In this document: piece by piece, positions 8,465 to 17,900 of the stretch
Numbering within the stretch: the first letter of the stretch is position 1
How the letters are laid out: each line of letters begins with the position of its first letter
NCBI GenBank assembly: GCA_029932605.1
Contig: JAOZPT010000016.1
Span: forward strand, 1 to 42,266
Reading direction: 5' to 3'
DNA length: 42,266 nucleotides
Origin: Candidatus Zixiibacteriota bacterium
GTDB taxonomy: Bacteria; Zixibacteria; MSB-5A5; UBA10806; 4484-95
Notes under the pieces: generated by a model
The model's database searches: none
The model's input: the letters and a program-made list of their open reading frames with translations, nothing else
What the model was told of the DNA's origin: nothing
Made by a program: the position numbers and the translations under genes

Positions 8465-9250
8465 TCATCCAGCCACCACAAAATTCTTCAGAGTTCCGAT
8501 ACCTTCGATTGTAACTTCAACTACGTCTCCTTCCGCTAATGGTCCCGCTCCCTTGGATGTTCCAGTTGAGATAATATCGCCAGGGTAAAGAGTCATAACC
8601 TTAGATATGTAACTTATAAGCTCTGCTGGTTTCTTTATCAGCATTCTGGTATTGCTTTGCTGGACAACTTTACCGTTAAGATGAGTTGTAATATCAAGCG
8701 AGGTACCATCGATACTGGTTTTTATAACCGGCCCTATCGGACAAAAACTATCGAAACCTTTAGCCCTTGTCCATTGCAAGTCTTTTTTCTGGATATTGCG
8801 AGCCGTTACATCGTTCAAACAGGTGTAACCGAAAATGCCCTCAGCCGATTCATCCAGGGAGGCGTTTTTTAGCACCTTGCCGATTACAACCGCCAGCTCA
8901 CCCTCGTAATCTACACGGTTTACCCAGTCAGGTATGACAATATTATCGAGATGGCCTATCATCGAGGAGAGCGGTTTGAAAAACAATATCGGTTCATCGG
9001 GAATCTCGGAGACGGTGCTTTCGCTTAAATGGTCTTCGTAATTCAAACCAACACATACGATTTTCTGTGGAACGCATGGCGGTAAAAAATTTATATCGTC
9101 CAGAGAATATGCCATATCACCAATTTTGTAATCGCCAAAGAAATTCCCATCAAATATACGATAAGCCATACCATCAATTATACATCCAGGACCACTAAAG
9201 TCTTCAGTAGTGAACCTGATAAAACAGTCCGGTTTCCATTTTTCACTCAT
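8465..9250 (-). CDS. Fumarylacetoacetate hydrolase family protein
   Basis: KIVCVGLNY, DYEGEL, NDVTAR, AKGFD, PGDIISTGT. Confidence 0.95.
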   Translation of the reverse strand: MSEKWKPDCFIRFTTEDFSGPGCIIDGMAYRIFDGNFFGDYKIGDMAYSLDDINFLPPCVPQKIVCVGLNYEDHLSESTVSEIPDEPILFFKPLSSMIGHLDNIVIPDWVNRVDYEGELAVVIGKVLKNASLDESAEGIFGYTCLNDVTARNIQKKDLQWTRAKGFDSFCPIGPVIKTSIDGTSLDITTHLNGKVVQQSNTRMLIKKPAELISYISKVMTLYPGDIISTGTSKGAGPLAEGDVVEVTIEGIGTLKNFVVAG

Positions 9251-10175
9251 GGTTTAATAATATCTCCAGATGAACTTTAACTGAATCAGCCAAGACATTC
9301 AAATCATAGCCACCTTCAAGGACAGAGACTATTCGCCCATGGCAATGTTTTTTTGCCAAATCTACAAGCATCTTCGTCATTTCCGCATAAAAATCTGTTG
9401 AAAGCTCAATTCCAGCTAATGGGTCATTTCTATGCGCATCAAAACCCGCTGAAATCATAAGAAGGTCTGGTTTGAAATCATCTATTGCAGGTAGTATCTT
9501 ATCATTAAAAGCTTGTCGATACTCCTCATCGCCTGAACCAGCAACCATCGGCAAATTAATGGTAAAACCCTTACCCTCAGCCTCGCCGGTTTCATCAAAA
9601 CTGCCGGTTCCAGGATAATAAGGATACTGATGAAGCGAAATATATAAAACCTTAGGTTCTGTATAAAAAGCATGTTGGGTGCCGTTGCCGTGATGAACAT
9701 CCCAATCCACGATGGCCACTTTATTAGCTAAACCCTCGTTGATAGCGTAGGCAGACCCTATGGCTATGTTGTTAAAAATACAAAAACCCATCCCCCTGTC
9801 GGATTCGGCGTGATGACCGGGTGGACGCACTGCACAAAAAGCCCGGTTATTCTCAGCAGAAAAAACAAAACATACTGCCTCTATAACCGCACCTGCTGCT
9901 TTAAAAGAGGCCTCAAGGGAAAATGGCGAAAAAGCAGTATCGGGATCAAGCATATAAAGATAATCACCTTTTAAACCTTTAAGGTAATCGACATATTCCC
10001 GTTTATGGATTAACTCGATATACTCCTGCGGGGAGGGCTGGCACTGGTGAATAACATGCAATCCAGAAATAGAACCGCAAACACGCATTATCACCTCAAG
10101 CCTTATTGGCGATTCAGGATGTCCGGGGCCTGCCTGGTGCTTCAAAAAAATGGGGTCATTATATACAGCTAACAA
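9243..10175 (-). CDS. Zn-dependent histone deacetylase family protein
   Basis: HPES, RPPGHH, GFC, DWDVHHGNGTQ, SAGFD, LEGGY. Confidence 0.95.
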   Translation of the reverse strand: MLAVYNDPIFLKHQAGPGHPESPIRLEVIMRVCGSISGLHVIHQCQPSPQEYIELIHKREYVDYLKGLKGDYLYMLDPDTAFSPFSLEASFKAAGAVIEAVCFVFSAENNRAFCAVRPPGHHAESDRGMGFCIFNNIAIGSAYAINEGLANKVAIVDWDVHHGNGTQHAFYTEPKVLYISLHQYPYYPGTGSFDETGEAEGKGFTINLPMVAGSGDEEYRQAFNDKILPAIDDFKPDLLMISAGFDAHRNDPLAGIELSTDFYAEMTKMLVDLAKKHCHGRIVSVLEGGYDLNVLADSVKVHLEILLNHE

Positions 10176-10177
10176 TT

Positions 10178-12880
10178 TTATTCCCGCTGTTCTACTTTAG
10201 CGCCAACTCCTTCGATCATACCCAAAGCATAATACTCCGTATCAAAATATTTATTAGCTACGTTCATCAATTGCTCGGCGCTGACTTGACGAATCTTCTC
10301 AGGATACTCCCATACTGCCTGGTAACCCTTACCAGATAATTCCCACCTGCCATATAAATCAGCCTGGGTAGAGTTCGTTTGTAAATAAATTGCCCAGGAA
10401 CCGCGGACGTAATTTTTCGACATTTCCAGTTCGTCGGGGCTAACCGGTTCATCCTTGAAACCTGAAATAACCTCAAGCGTTAGCTCACGAGCCTTTTCAG
10501 CATTTTCAGGCGAGGTGGCAATATAACAAATAAAAGCGCCGGCAAGAGCCCCCGAACCTTGATATCCGTATACCGAATAGGCAAGTGACCTCTTGTCCCT
10601 GACCTCAGTCCAAAGCCTTCCCCCCATACCGCTGGCAACGTTCTGCAAAACCTTCAGTGGTTCATAGTCAGGACTGGAATAGCTACATGTCAAAATGCCG
10701 ATGGCTTGAGCTGATTGTGCCCTATCACGCCTAACTGTTTTTGAATGTATTGATGAAAGTTTAACCTCACTCTTTGGCATCGGTAACCTCTCGCCGACAT
10801 TCATTCTGCCAAGATGCTTGGGAGCTAACCTGATAGCTTCATCAAACGTTATGTCTCCAGCAAATACAATAACAACGTTACCGGTTACAACCGACTTGCG
10901 ATGTTTGTTTACCAGATCAGCCCTTGATATCTTCTTTATGGCATTTACATCTCCAAGCGAGGGCAAACCGTAAGGGTGGTTTTCAAAAAGCGCCTGCTGA
11001 CATAGCTCAACAGGATAACTTCCCATTGAATCTTTCTGACGGTTGATAGAGGCTATTAAATCCTTTTTCTCCTTTTCAATCTCTTCTTCTGTGAATGATG
11101 GATTTAGTATAACCTGGGCAAAAAGAGCAAAACTCTCCTCGAAGTTACTTGACATGCTCTCTAACCTGAAACCGAAATAATCTCTATCCACCTCATAAGA
11201 GATCGTACTACCCAGACCCTCTATATCACCAGCTATCTGCTCGGCAGACATGTTCATCGTGCCCTTTAAAGAGGTTTTTGCCATAAGTTGCGTTATGCCG
11301 GCATTATCAGCATTTTCCGTAAACGTTCCCCCAAAGAAATATACAGCCGTTGATACTATAGGTAATGAATGATTCTCCTTAACTATCACGGTCATGCCAT
11401 TATCAAGAACCTGCTTTTTAACCGGTTGATCGGGGTATTCTTTTCCGCCAACAGGTGGAGTTCCAACGACCGGGCCGATCTCCTCCAAAGGAAGCCTGAA
11501 CGCCTGGCGATAATTTTCAATAGCATCGGATAAATCCTTTTCCAATTCATGTTTCGAATACTTTTTAAATTTCTTATCAGAAGGTAGATATTCCAGAACC
11601 GAAGCGTTGGATAAAACAAAATACTTATTGGCTACTCTTCTTATATCCTGGACTGTAACCGCTCTGAGTTTCTCCAGATAGGTGTCAACCATCTTATAAT
11701 CACCATAGGATTCGCATTCAGCATAATTCTGTGCCTGGCCATTGACGTCCTCAAGCGAGTGAAGATATGACGATTCAAGCTGATTTAACGCCCTATTAAG
11801 CTCCGCCCTACCGACATTACTTATCTTAAACCGTTCTACCTCTGTTAATAACGCTTTTAAAAGCTCTCCGGGCTCACCATCAGCCTGTTCAGCGGTTATC
11901 GTAAAATACCCAAAATCTTTAAACGAATAATAATAGGAACTAACGCTTTCTGCTAACCCCCGTTTCTCTTTGACCTCACGATACAATCTCGAAGAGCGTC
12001 CCCCGCTTAAAATATAATCAAAAACAGTTAAAGGGTAAAAATCATCATCTAAAACACCCGGTACATGGAAACCGACATGGATTATATTGCGATTGATATC
12101 GGCAGTCATCCTTCTGTATTTAAACTCGGTTTGTGGTGGTTCCTCCGGTGAAAACTCGGTTTTAAAATCCCCTTTTGGAATACCCTCGCAATACTTTTTT
12201 ATCAAATTTAATGCCTTAGATGTCTCTATATCGCCAACAACGGAGATTATTATATTCTGAGGACGATAGCGGGTCTTATAATAATTATAAAGGTCATCCC
12301 TGCTCCAGGAGGCAACCTGTTCCTCAAATCCCATACGCCACCGTCTTATCCTGTGCTTATCAAAAGCCAGCTCCAAAAGTTTTTCAGAGGAAAAAGCATC
12401 AGGGTTATCAAGTTTCCTTTTAATCTCCTGGATAACCACTTTCGATTCCTTCGCTAGCTCTGTAGAATCGATAGCACAATTTTGAAGAGCATCAGACTGG
12501 ATATCAAGCCCTTTTTCAAATGATTCTGATGGTAATACCGTGTAATAACATGTGTGTTCGTAAATCGTGCCAGCGTTAAGATAACCTCCAGCAGCTTTTG
12601 TCTCTCTGGCAAGTTCTCCCACACCTCGCTTTTGAGTGCCTTTGAAAAACATATGCTCTAAAAGATGAGATATGCCGGTTAATGAATCAGGCTCATTAAA
12701 GTAACCAGCTTTAACCCAAGTAACTATAGATACAACAGGCACCTTGTGGTCTTCCTTGACAAGCACCGTTAAACCATTTTTAAGCACCTTCTTTGTTACT
12801 TCACCCTCCGGCTTTTTCCCACATCCGATAATTACCGCGCTTAAGAAGATCAATAACGCTAACAACTTCGCTTTTGACAT
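10178..12880 (-). CDS. M16 family (pitrilysin/PqqL-like) zinc protease, lipoprotein
   Basis: Lipobox IIGC; HxxEH (SHLLEH) in the N-terminal half; second M16 half lacks the metal motif; SRLY motif. Confidence 0.93.
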   Translation of the reverse strand: MSKAKLLALLIFLSAVIIGCGKKPEGEVTKKVLKNGLTVLVKEDHKVPVVSIVTWVKAGYFNEPDSLTGISHLLEHMFFKGTQKRGVGELARETKAAGGYLNAGTIYEHTCYYTVLPSESFEKGLDIQSDALQNCAIDSTELAKESKVVIQEIKRKLDNPDAFSSEKLLELAFDKHRIRRWRMGFEEQVASWSRDDLYNYYKTRYRPQNIIISVVGDIETSKALNLIKKYCEGIPKGDFKTEFSPEEPPQTEFKYRRMTADINRNIIHVGFHVPGVLDDDFYPLTVFDYILSGGRSSRLYREVKEKRGLAESVSSYYYSFKDFGYFTITAEQADGEPGELLKALLTEVERFKISNVGRAELNRALNQLESSYLHSLEDVNGQAQNYAECESYGDYKMVDTYLEKLRAVTVQDIRRVANKYFVLSNASVLEYLPSDKKFKKYSKHELEKDLSDAIENYRQAFRLPLEEIGPVVGTPPVGGKEYPDQPVKKQVLDNGMTVIVKENHSLPIVSTAVYFFGGTFTENADNAGITQLMAKTSLKGTMNMSAEQIAGDIEGLGSTISYEVDRDYFGFRLESMSSNFEESFALFAQVILNPSFTEEEIEKEKKDLIASINRQKDSMGSYPVELCQQALFENHPYGLPSLGDVNAIKKISRADLVNKHRKSVVTGNVVIVFAGDITFDEAIRLAPKHLGRMNVGERLPMPKSEVKLSSIHSKTVRRDRAQSAQAIGILTCSYSSPDYEPLKVLQNVASGMGGRLWTEVRDKRSLAYSVYGYQGSGALAGAFICYIATSPENAEKARELTLEVISGFKDEPVSPDELEMSKNYVRGSWAIYLQTNSTQADLYGRWELSGKGYQAVWEYPEKIRQVSAEQLMNVANKYFDTEYYALGMIEGVGAKVEQRE

Positions 12881-12905
12881 TACAAATACTCCTTTCCTGG
12901 AAATT

Positions 12906-12934
12906 AATCTATATCAGTCCAGGTAGAATGTCAA
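12906..12934 (-). promoter_or_regulatory. sigma70-type promoter
   Basis: TTGACA-N17-TAGATT upstream of an AGGAG RBS. Confidence 0.65.
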
Positions 12935-13090
12935 CCAGCATAAGCCCATCGCTGTTTAATGGATTGTATTGCAATAATAGATGTTGTCGTAATCTGATAA
13001 TTTTTTATTTGTTGATAAATTTATAAGTATCTAATAAAAAAGCGCAAATATTAACAACGCTCCAATAATGGCTTATATCCTCTCGAATTC

Positions 13091-14722
13091 CTATCTTTCC
13101 GGCTTTAAAACGATATTTAACTTTTCCGTTTTTCCGGTCTCCGTGAATATCCGTTTCCTGACAACTTTGTAACCATCAGCCTCAATCGTTATAACATGCC
13201 TTCCCGGGGAAAGCTTCACAGGTATTCCACCTGTTTGACCATACTTATTAAAATCCACATAAAAGGTTGCTTTGGGAACCGATATAATCTCCAGAAAACC
13301 ATAACTTCCTAAATCCTGATTGGGGTAATTATACCCTTCATCTGTTTTACTCTCCGCATTTCCCCTCTTCACAGATCTAGATGCAGGCTTGTTTTTCGAA
13401 CCCATCTTCACCGGTGAAATCGTCTTCTGAACTTCGGTTTTCGAATCCTCAAAAACCGGTACCGGCGGTTTCTCTGGCGGTGATGGTAAAGATGCTATTT
13501 CGCCCATAGAGATATTATCGTTTTCTCTTTTTCCAGCAAACCTACCGGTGCTATAGAAAATCATAATAAAAGCGATGATGAATACTATTATGCCAGCGGC
13601 TACTGCCGTTGTATATCGCCGTTTGGATACCCCTGATGGCCGCTTTTTGTCGAAATCTATTTGACCTGAGCGAAGTTTCTGAAGGTAATCTTTGGCAACT
13701 TTATTATCTTTATCATATAGCAAAACTCTCTCAAATTCCCGGGAGGCGTCCTCCAGCCTACCATGACCTAAGTTGACAAGATACAACGCAGATTCCATAT
13801 GCTTGGATATTCTTCCAACTCTTAGTCTTTCAGCAGTGCGAATTGGGTTTTTCAGAAATCCAGCTATCAGTTTTTTCGATGAAGGAATCACATATCGTTT
13901 AAGTTCACTGCTAAGTTCAGCTCCCAATTCATCAGCATCCTGATAACGACTGTCAATATTTTTACTTAACACCTTCATAATAATATTCTCAATCGATGGA
14001 GTAACATCAATACGCATCAAACTCGGTTTGACAGGTTTACTCGAAATAATACTGGTAATCATTTCCTGGTAGGTTTCACCTTTAAATGGCTTTTCACCGG
14101 TTATTATCTCGTATAATACTATTCCAAGAGAAAATATGTCACAACGATGGTCTATAGGTCTACTTGCAGCCTGTTCGGGAGACATATATGCCGGCGAGCC
14201 TACCATCTGACCGGTGTCAGTTATGGACATATCATTAAATGTCTTGGCTATCCCGAAATCGGTTATCATAATGCGCCCATCCGTAGAAAGCATAATATTG
14301 GCAGGTTTGATATCCCTATGAATCAAACCATGGCTATGAGCATACTTCAACCCCTTGGTTACCTCATAGCATATCAAAAGGGCAATTTCGAGGGGAAGAC
14401 GCTTCATACGGGTCATCATCTCTTTTAAACTCTGCCCCTCAATATATTCCATGGCAATAAAATACTCGCCATCAACGTGACCATAATCTATTATCGATAC
14501 AATGTTTTCGTGATGAAGCATGGCTGCCTTTTTGGCCTCATTCTCAAAACGCATAATAAAGTTTTTATTTAAAGTCAGGTGATGATGTAAAATTTTCAAG
14601 GCCACCGGCCTATCTAAAGATAACTGCAACCCCCTGTAGATATTGGCCATACCACCAGTGCCAATCAACTCCTTGAGCTCAAAATTGGCTATCTTCTTTG
14701 GATGTATCGTGATACTTCCCAT
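13091..14722 (-). CDS. Hanks-type Ser/Thr protein kinase with TM helix and C-terminal PEGA-like domain
   Basis: GTGGMA, VALK, HRDIKPAN, DFG, YMSPEQ; TM AVAAGIIVFIIAFIMIFY; PEGA pattern LEIISVP..ATFYVD..LSPGRHVITIEADGY. Confidence 0.93.
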   Translation of the reverse strand: MGSITIHPKKIANFELKELIGTGGMANIYRGLQLSLDRPVALKILHHHLTLNKNFIMRFENEAKKAAMLHHENIVSIIDYGHVDGEYFIAMEYIEGQSLKEMMTRMKRLPLEIALLICYEVTKGLKYAHSHGLIHRDIKPANIMLSTDGRIMITDFGIAKTFNDMSITDTGQMVGSPAYMSPEQAASRPIDHRCDIFSLGIVLYEIITGEKPFKGETYQEMITSIISSKPVKPSLMRIDVTPSIENIIMKVLSKNIDSRYQDADELGAELSSELKRYVIPSSKKLIAGFLKNPIRTAERLRVGRISKHMESALYLVNLGHGRLEDASREFERVLLYDKDNKVAKDYLQKLRSGQIDFDKKRPSGVSKRRYTTAVAAGIIVFIIAFIMIFYSTGRFAGKRENDNISMGEIASLPSPPEKPPVPVFEDSKTEVQKTISPVKMGSKNKPASRSVKRGNAESKTDEGYNYPNQDLGSYGFLEIISVPKATFYVDFNKYGQTGGIPVKLSPGRHVITIEADGYKVVRKRIFTETGKTEKLNIVLKPER

Positions 14723-14903
14723 ATTTTCTAAGCAATTACCTTAGACGAGATTAAATATCGTCCAAACTGAAAAAATTTCCATTTCGTTTTACGTTAATAA
14801 AACTAAATCCCCAAAGCAATTTAACATTAATACCTAACTCAAATCTCTACACCTGGGGACGAAGCTTATACCTAAAGGCTCTAATACAAAAAACCTTATG
14901 TTA

Positions 14904-14931
14904 ATATCGGCAGATTCAATTCATAAGATTA
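14904..14931 (-). promoter_or_regulatory. sigma28 (FliA/WhiG)-like promoter
   Basis: TAAT-N16-GCCGATAT. Confidence 0.45.
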
Positions 14932-15136
14932 GATAATGATCAAAACTCGCTATGTTCAGCAATGTCAATTACTTCCTTGGCCTATTAAAAACGGGGTATT
15001 ATAATCATCATATGTCTATGCCTGGTATGGAAAAACCTTCAATAAATTCCCCGAAAACAGTAAAGAATATAAGGTCATATTTAATGTTTAGTTACGATAC
15101 AGCAAACCTTACAATCAGCTTACAAACTAGACACCT

Positions 15137-15859
15137 CTATCTGTTCAGTGTTCTTAAAAATTTTTCAGTATGAAAAGCTGTCCTGTTTTCGCCTACTTTC
15201 CGCCAGCACTCTATATCACAAATCAATTGGTTGAGTTCATCAATTGTATTAACCATATATGAAAGTTCCAGTTCTTGGACTTTAATCTTTGGGTTTTTCA
15301 GATTAGACCTCAAGCGAACATAAACATCTTGGCTACCCCAATCGATACCTTTAAAAGCCTGAGGAATATGTCTTGACATACCCAAAAGATAATATTTGCC
15401 GTTAAATGATGGGCCGATAACAACATGATTCTTTCTCAGTAATAAAAAACCAGCCTTGATTATGGTCTTATTAAGCGTTAGGCAATTTGTACCAATAACT
15501 ATTACCCGTTCATAACCCGATCTAAACGATTCAGATAAAGCCATGGAGCTCCTTTCTGGTATAGAAGCGGTGTTTTGAGGCAAAAGTGTAATGTTGTTCA
15601 CCTTAGATTTAGCTAACCTGTCATCTTCCTCATGTACAAAAAGGTCAAAATCCATCTTAAATTTTTTACGGGAACTGGCCGGATGATAATAAACCGATAT
15701 ATCAGTTAAAGGCAAACTAAGGCACACAGATAAAGTATCAAATAGCATTGCGCGGTTAAGATGCTCCGTTTTTCTCTCACCCAGAATCGGTAACAGAGAG
15801 TTGAGGTTTCCAGCTCCGCTAGGCTCATCCGCTAATATCACTATACACTCTGGATTCAT
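15137..15859 (-). CDS. DUF2064 / TIGR04282-like glycosyltransferase-fold protein, degenerate
   Basis: AMLFDTL, RVIVIGTNC, VVIGPSFNGKYYLLGM, FKGIDWG, TAFHT follow the family layout, with conserved Asp positions replaced. Confidence 0.78.
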   Translation of the reverse strand: MNPECIVILADEPSGAGNLNSLLPILGERKTEHLNRAMLFDTLSVCLSLPLTDISVYYHPASSRKKFKMDFDLFVHEEDDRLAKSKVNNITLLPQNTASIPERSSMALSESFRSGYERVIVIGTNCLTLNKTIIKAGFLLLRKNHVVIGPSFNGKYYLLGMSRHIPQAFKGIDWGSQDVYVRLRSNLKNPKIKVQELELSYMVNTIDELNQLICDIECWRKVGENRTAFHTEKFLRTLNR

Positions 15860-16228
15860 ACAACTATTCAGGACAATTCAATAATCTTAAATATAAATAC
15901 GAACAAAACGATACCAAATAGATATCAAATCTAAAGATCAGTCAAATAATCTCTCCCACATAACATTCACAATTTACCAAACTACAAATCGAAATGCAAC
16001 ATTATTAGCTCTTGAGTAATTAAAAATTGTTCCATCTATAATCACAGATTTAAAGATCCATAATATCAACAACTTAAAGTAACCGGATATCGCAACGTTT
16101 TTTCAGCAAAAGTGAATTTTTACGGATATACCAACGATTTCTAAAAATAAAAGCTATAAAAAACAACTATAATCAAACTATGAAAACGACATTTATATGA
16201 ATCCGTTCGACATCAGATAAAGTAAAAT

Positions 16229-17029
16229 TCAAATAGTAGAAATAGCCATATTTATAAGTTTATAATGGGGGCAACAGCTTATAATTACAAATGTATTAGA
16301 ACCTTCCTGCCAACATATGTAATTAACGTTTTCTATACTGCCATAACGGAACTTTACTCCGGATGCTACCAGATAATTTGCCCGGCAGTCTTCCAAAATC
16401 GGTGAATCGATAATGAACAGCGAACACTTCGTTGAACCGTTTCCATACCCAACCTGAGCTACATTCATATCCTGTACTTTAAATAGGCAACAACCTTTCA
16501 AATAAACATCCTTGCCTAAACAACCAGGGATATTCACCGTCTGACCAAGGCAACCGCTTAGAAAAACGTTCACTTCGGATGATATATCCGTCTGCAATTC
16601 AGCTTCTATTCCAGGTCTGTTATGATGAAGATGCTGTTGGGCCAAAATACCAGCCATGGTACTAAGTCCGCTTCTGTTGGGAACAAATACCAACAACAAT
16701 ACAATAGCAAAAATAAAACCCGGAATGATAGCCTGGGCAGGTTTCATATCCTGAAAAAATAACCTGATATTATCCAGAAATGTAAATTTAATCTCTTTAA
16801 AGGATTGTTCCCGCCCTATTTTTTCAATAACCTTCGACCTTAGATACAAAGGCGCCCTCACGGTTAAACAAGCCTTCGAGAGCACGTTTTTTAAGCTTTC
16901 TATTTCCCTGACTCTGGCTGAACAATCATCACAGAACCTAAGATGTTCGGTGAGTCTAATTTTTTTTTCATCATCAAGTTCACCGTCAACATACAAATGA
17001 AGAATTTTATCGTCAAATTTACAGATCAT
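16229..17029 (-). CDS. Membrane anti-sigma factor with zf-HC2 (ZAS) domain
   Basis: YVDGEL..EHLRFCDDC (HxxxCxxC), one TM helix, extracytoplasmic domain; alternative TTG start at 17035. Confidence 0.85.
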   Translation of the reverse strand: MICKFDDKILHLYVDGELDDEKKIRLTEHLRFCDDCSARVREIESLKNVLSKACLTVRAPLYLRSKVIEKIGREQSFKEIKFTFLDNIRLFFQDMKPAQAIIPGFIFAIVLLLVFVPNRSGLSTMAGILAQQHLHHNRPGIEAELQTDISSEVNVFLSGCLGQTVNIPGCLGKDVYLKGCCLFKVQDMNVAQVGYGNGSTKCSLFIIDSPILEDCRANYLVASGVKFRYGSIENVNYICWQEGSNTFVIISCCPHYKLINMAISTI

Positions 17030-17038
17030 TATCAATTC

Positions 17039-17764
17039 TCAACCCAAGTTTAACCAGGGGAACAAAGTGGAGATAACTCCCGAAATATAACCTAAGGAAT
17101 TCGTAAATATCAAAACCCCGATTAATATAAGAAGACCCCCAGCTATAAGTTCCACCAGTTTAAAATGTTTTTTTATCTTACTTGAAAAAGAGATAAACGA
17201 ATTGAAAGCAATCGCAGTCAAAAGAAACGGTACAGCTAAACCAGCCGAATAAAATCCTAGAAGTAATACCCCCCTACTTACTGTATCCTCGATAGCAGCC
17301 ATCGCCAGAATTCCAGCCAGAATCGGACCGATACACGGGGTCCAGCCAAAAGCAAACGCTAAACCCACAACAAATGACCCGATAATCCCTAACGGCTTCG
17401 AACCAACCCTAAAACGCTTCTCATAATTAAACCATCTTATTTTAAATAAACCCACAAAATGAAGCCCCAGGAGGATAATTATTGCTCCGGCAATTTTGCT
17501 AATAATATGCATATAATCGTGCAGAAAACCGGAGATAAATGTAGCTGATGCTCCAAGGCTTATAAACACAACTGAAAAACCAAGCACAAAAAACAAAGAA
17601 TTAATAAAAACCCGAGACATGATTTTGCGCTGTCTTTGCTGAAGCTCGTCAAAAGTTACACCGGAGATAAACGATATATATCCGGGAACTATAGGTAATA
17701 CACAGGGTGATACAAACGACAATAACCCTGCACCAAATGCAGTTATTAAGGTTACGTTTTCCAA
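17039..17764 (-). CDS. ccdA: Cytochrome c biogenesis / thiol-disulfide transporter CcdA
   Basis: AGLLSFVSPCVLP and FAFGWTPCIGPIL; six TM helices; TTG start after AGGAG. Confidence 0.95.
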   Translation of the reverse strand: MENVTLITAFGAGLLSFVSPCVLPIVPGYISFISGVTFDELQQRQRKIMSRVFINSLFFVLGFSVVFISLGASATFISGFLHDYMHIISKIAGAIIILLGLHFVGLFKIRWFNYEKRFRVGSKPLGIIGSFVVGLAFAFGWTPCIGPILAGILAMAAIEDTVSRGVLLLGFYSAGLAVPFLLTAIAFNSFISFSSKIKKHFKLVELIAGGLLILIGVLIFTNSLGYISGVISTLFPWLNLG

Positions 17765-17784
17765 ATCACTCCTTTTATCTCGTA

Positions 17785-17810
17785 AACAAAAATTAAATAT
17801 AAAGAGTTCC
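17785..17810 (-). promoter_or_regulatory. ECF sigma-type promoter (SigR/SigH-like), overlapping a possible sigma70 promoter
   Basis: GGAAC-N18-GTT just upstream of the ccdA RBS; TTGACA adjacent upstream. Confidence 0.5.
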
Positions 17811-17900
17811 CTTTGTCAATCACTGAAGTATAAATTACTATAAAAAATGAAATACTTTATCCTAATTCATACAATAAAAAAGTAATAGCCGAAATTATTA

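Noticed and set aside
14952..15173. 73-aa plus-strand intergenic ORF
   Set aside because: No SD, no recognisable motif, overlaps the end of the DUF2064-like gene; cannot be supported
16185..16209. CGAAC-N16-CGTT ECF-like element upstream of the DUF2064-like gene
   Set aside because: Different -35 and spacing from the trxA/ccdA motif and over 300 bp from the start codon
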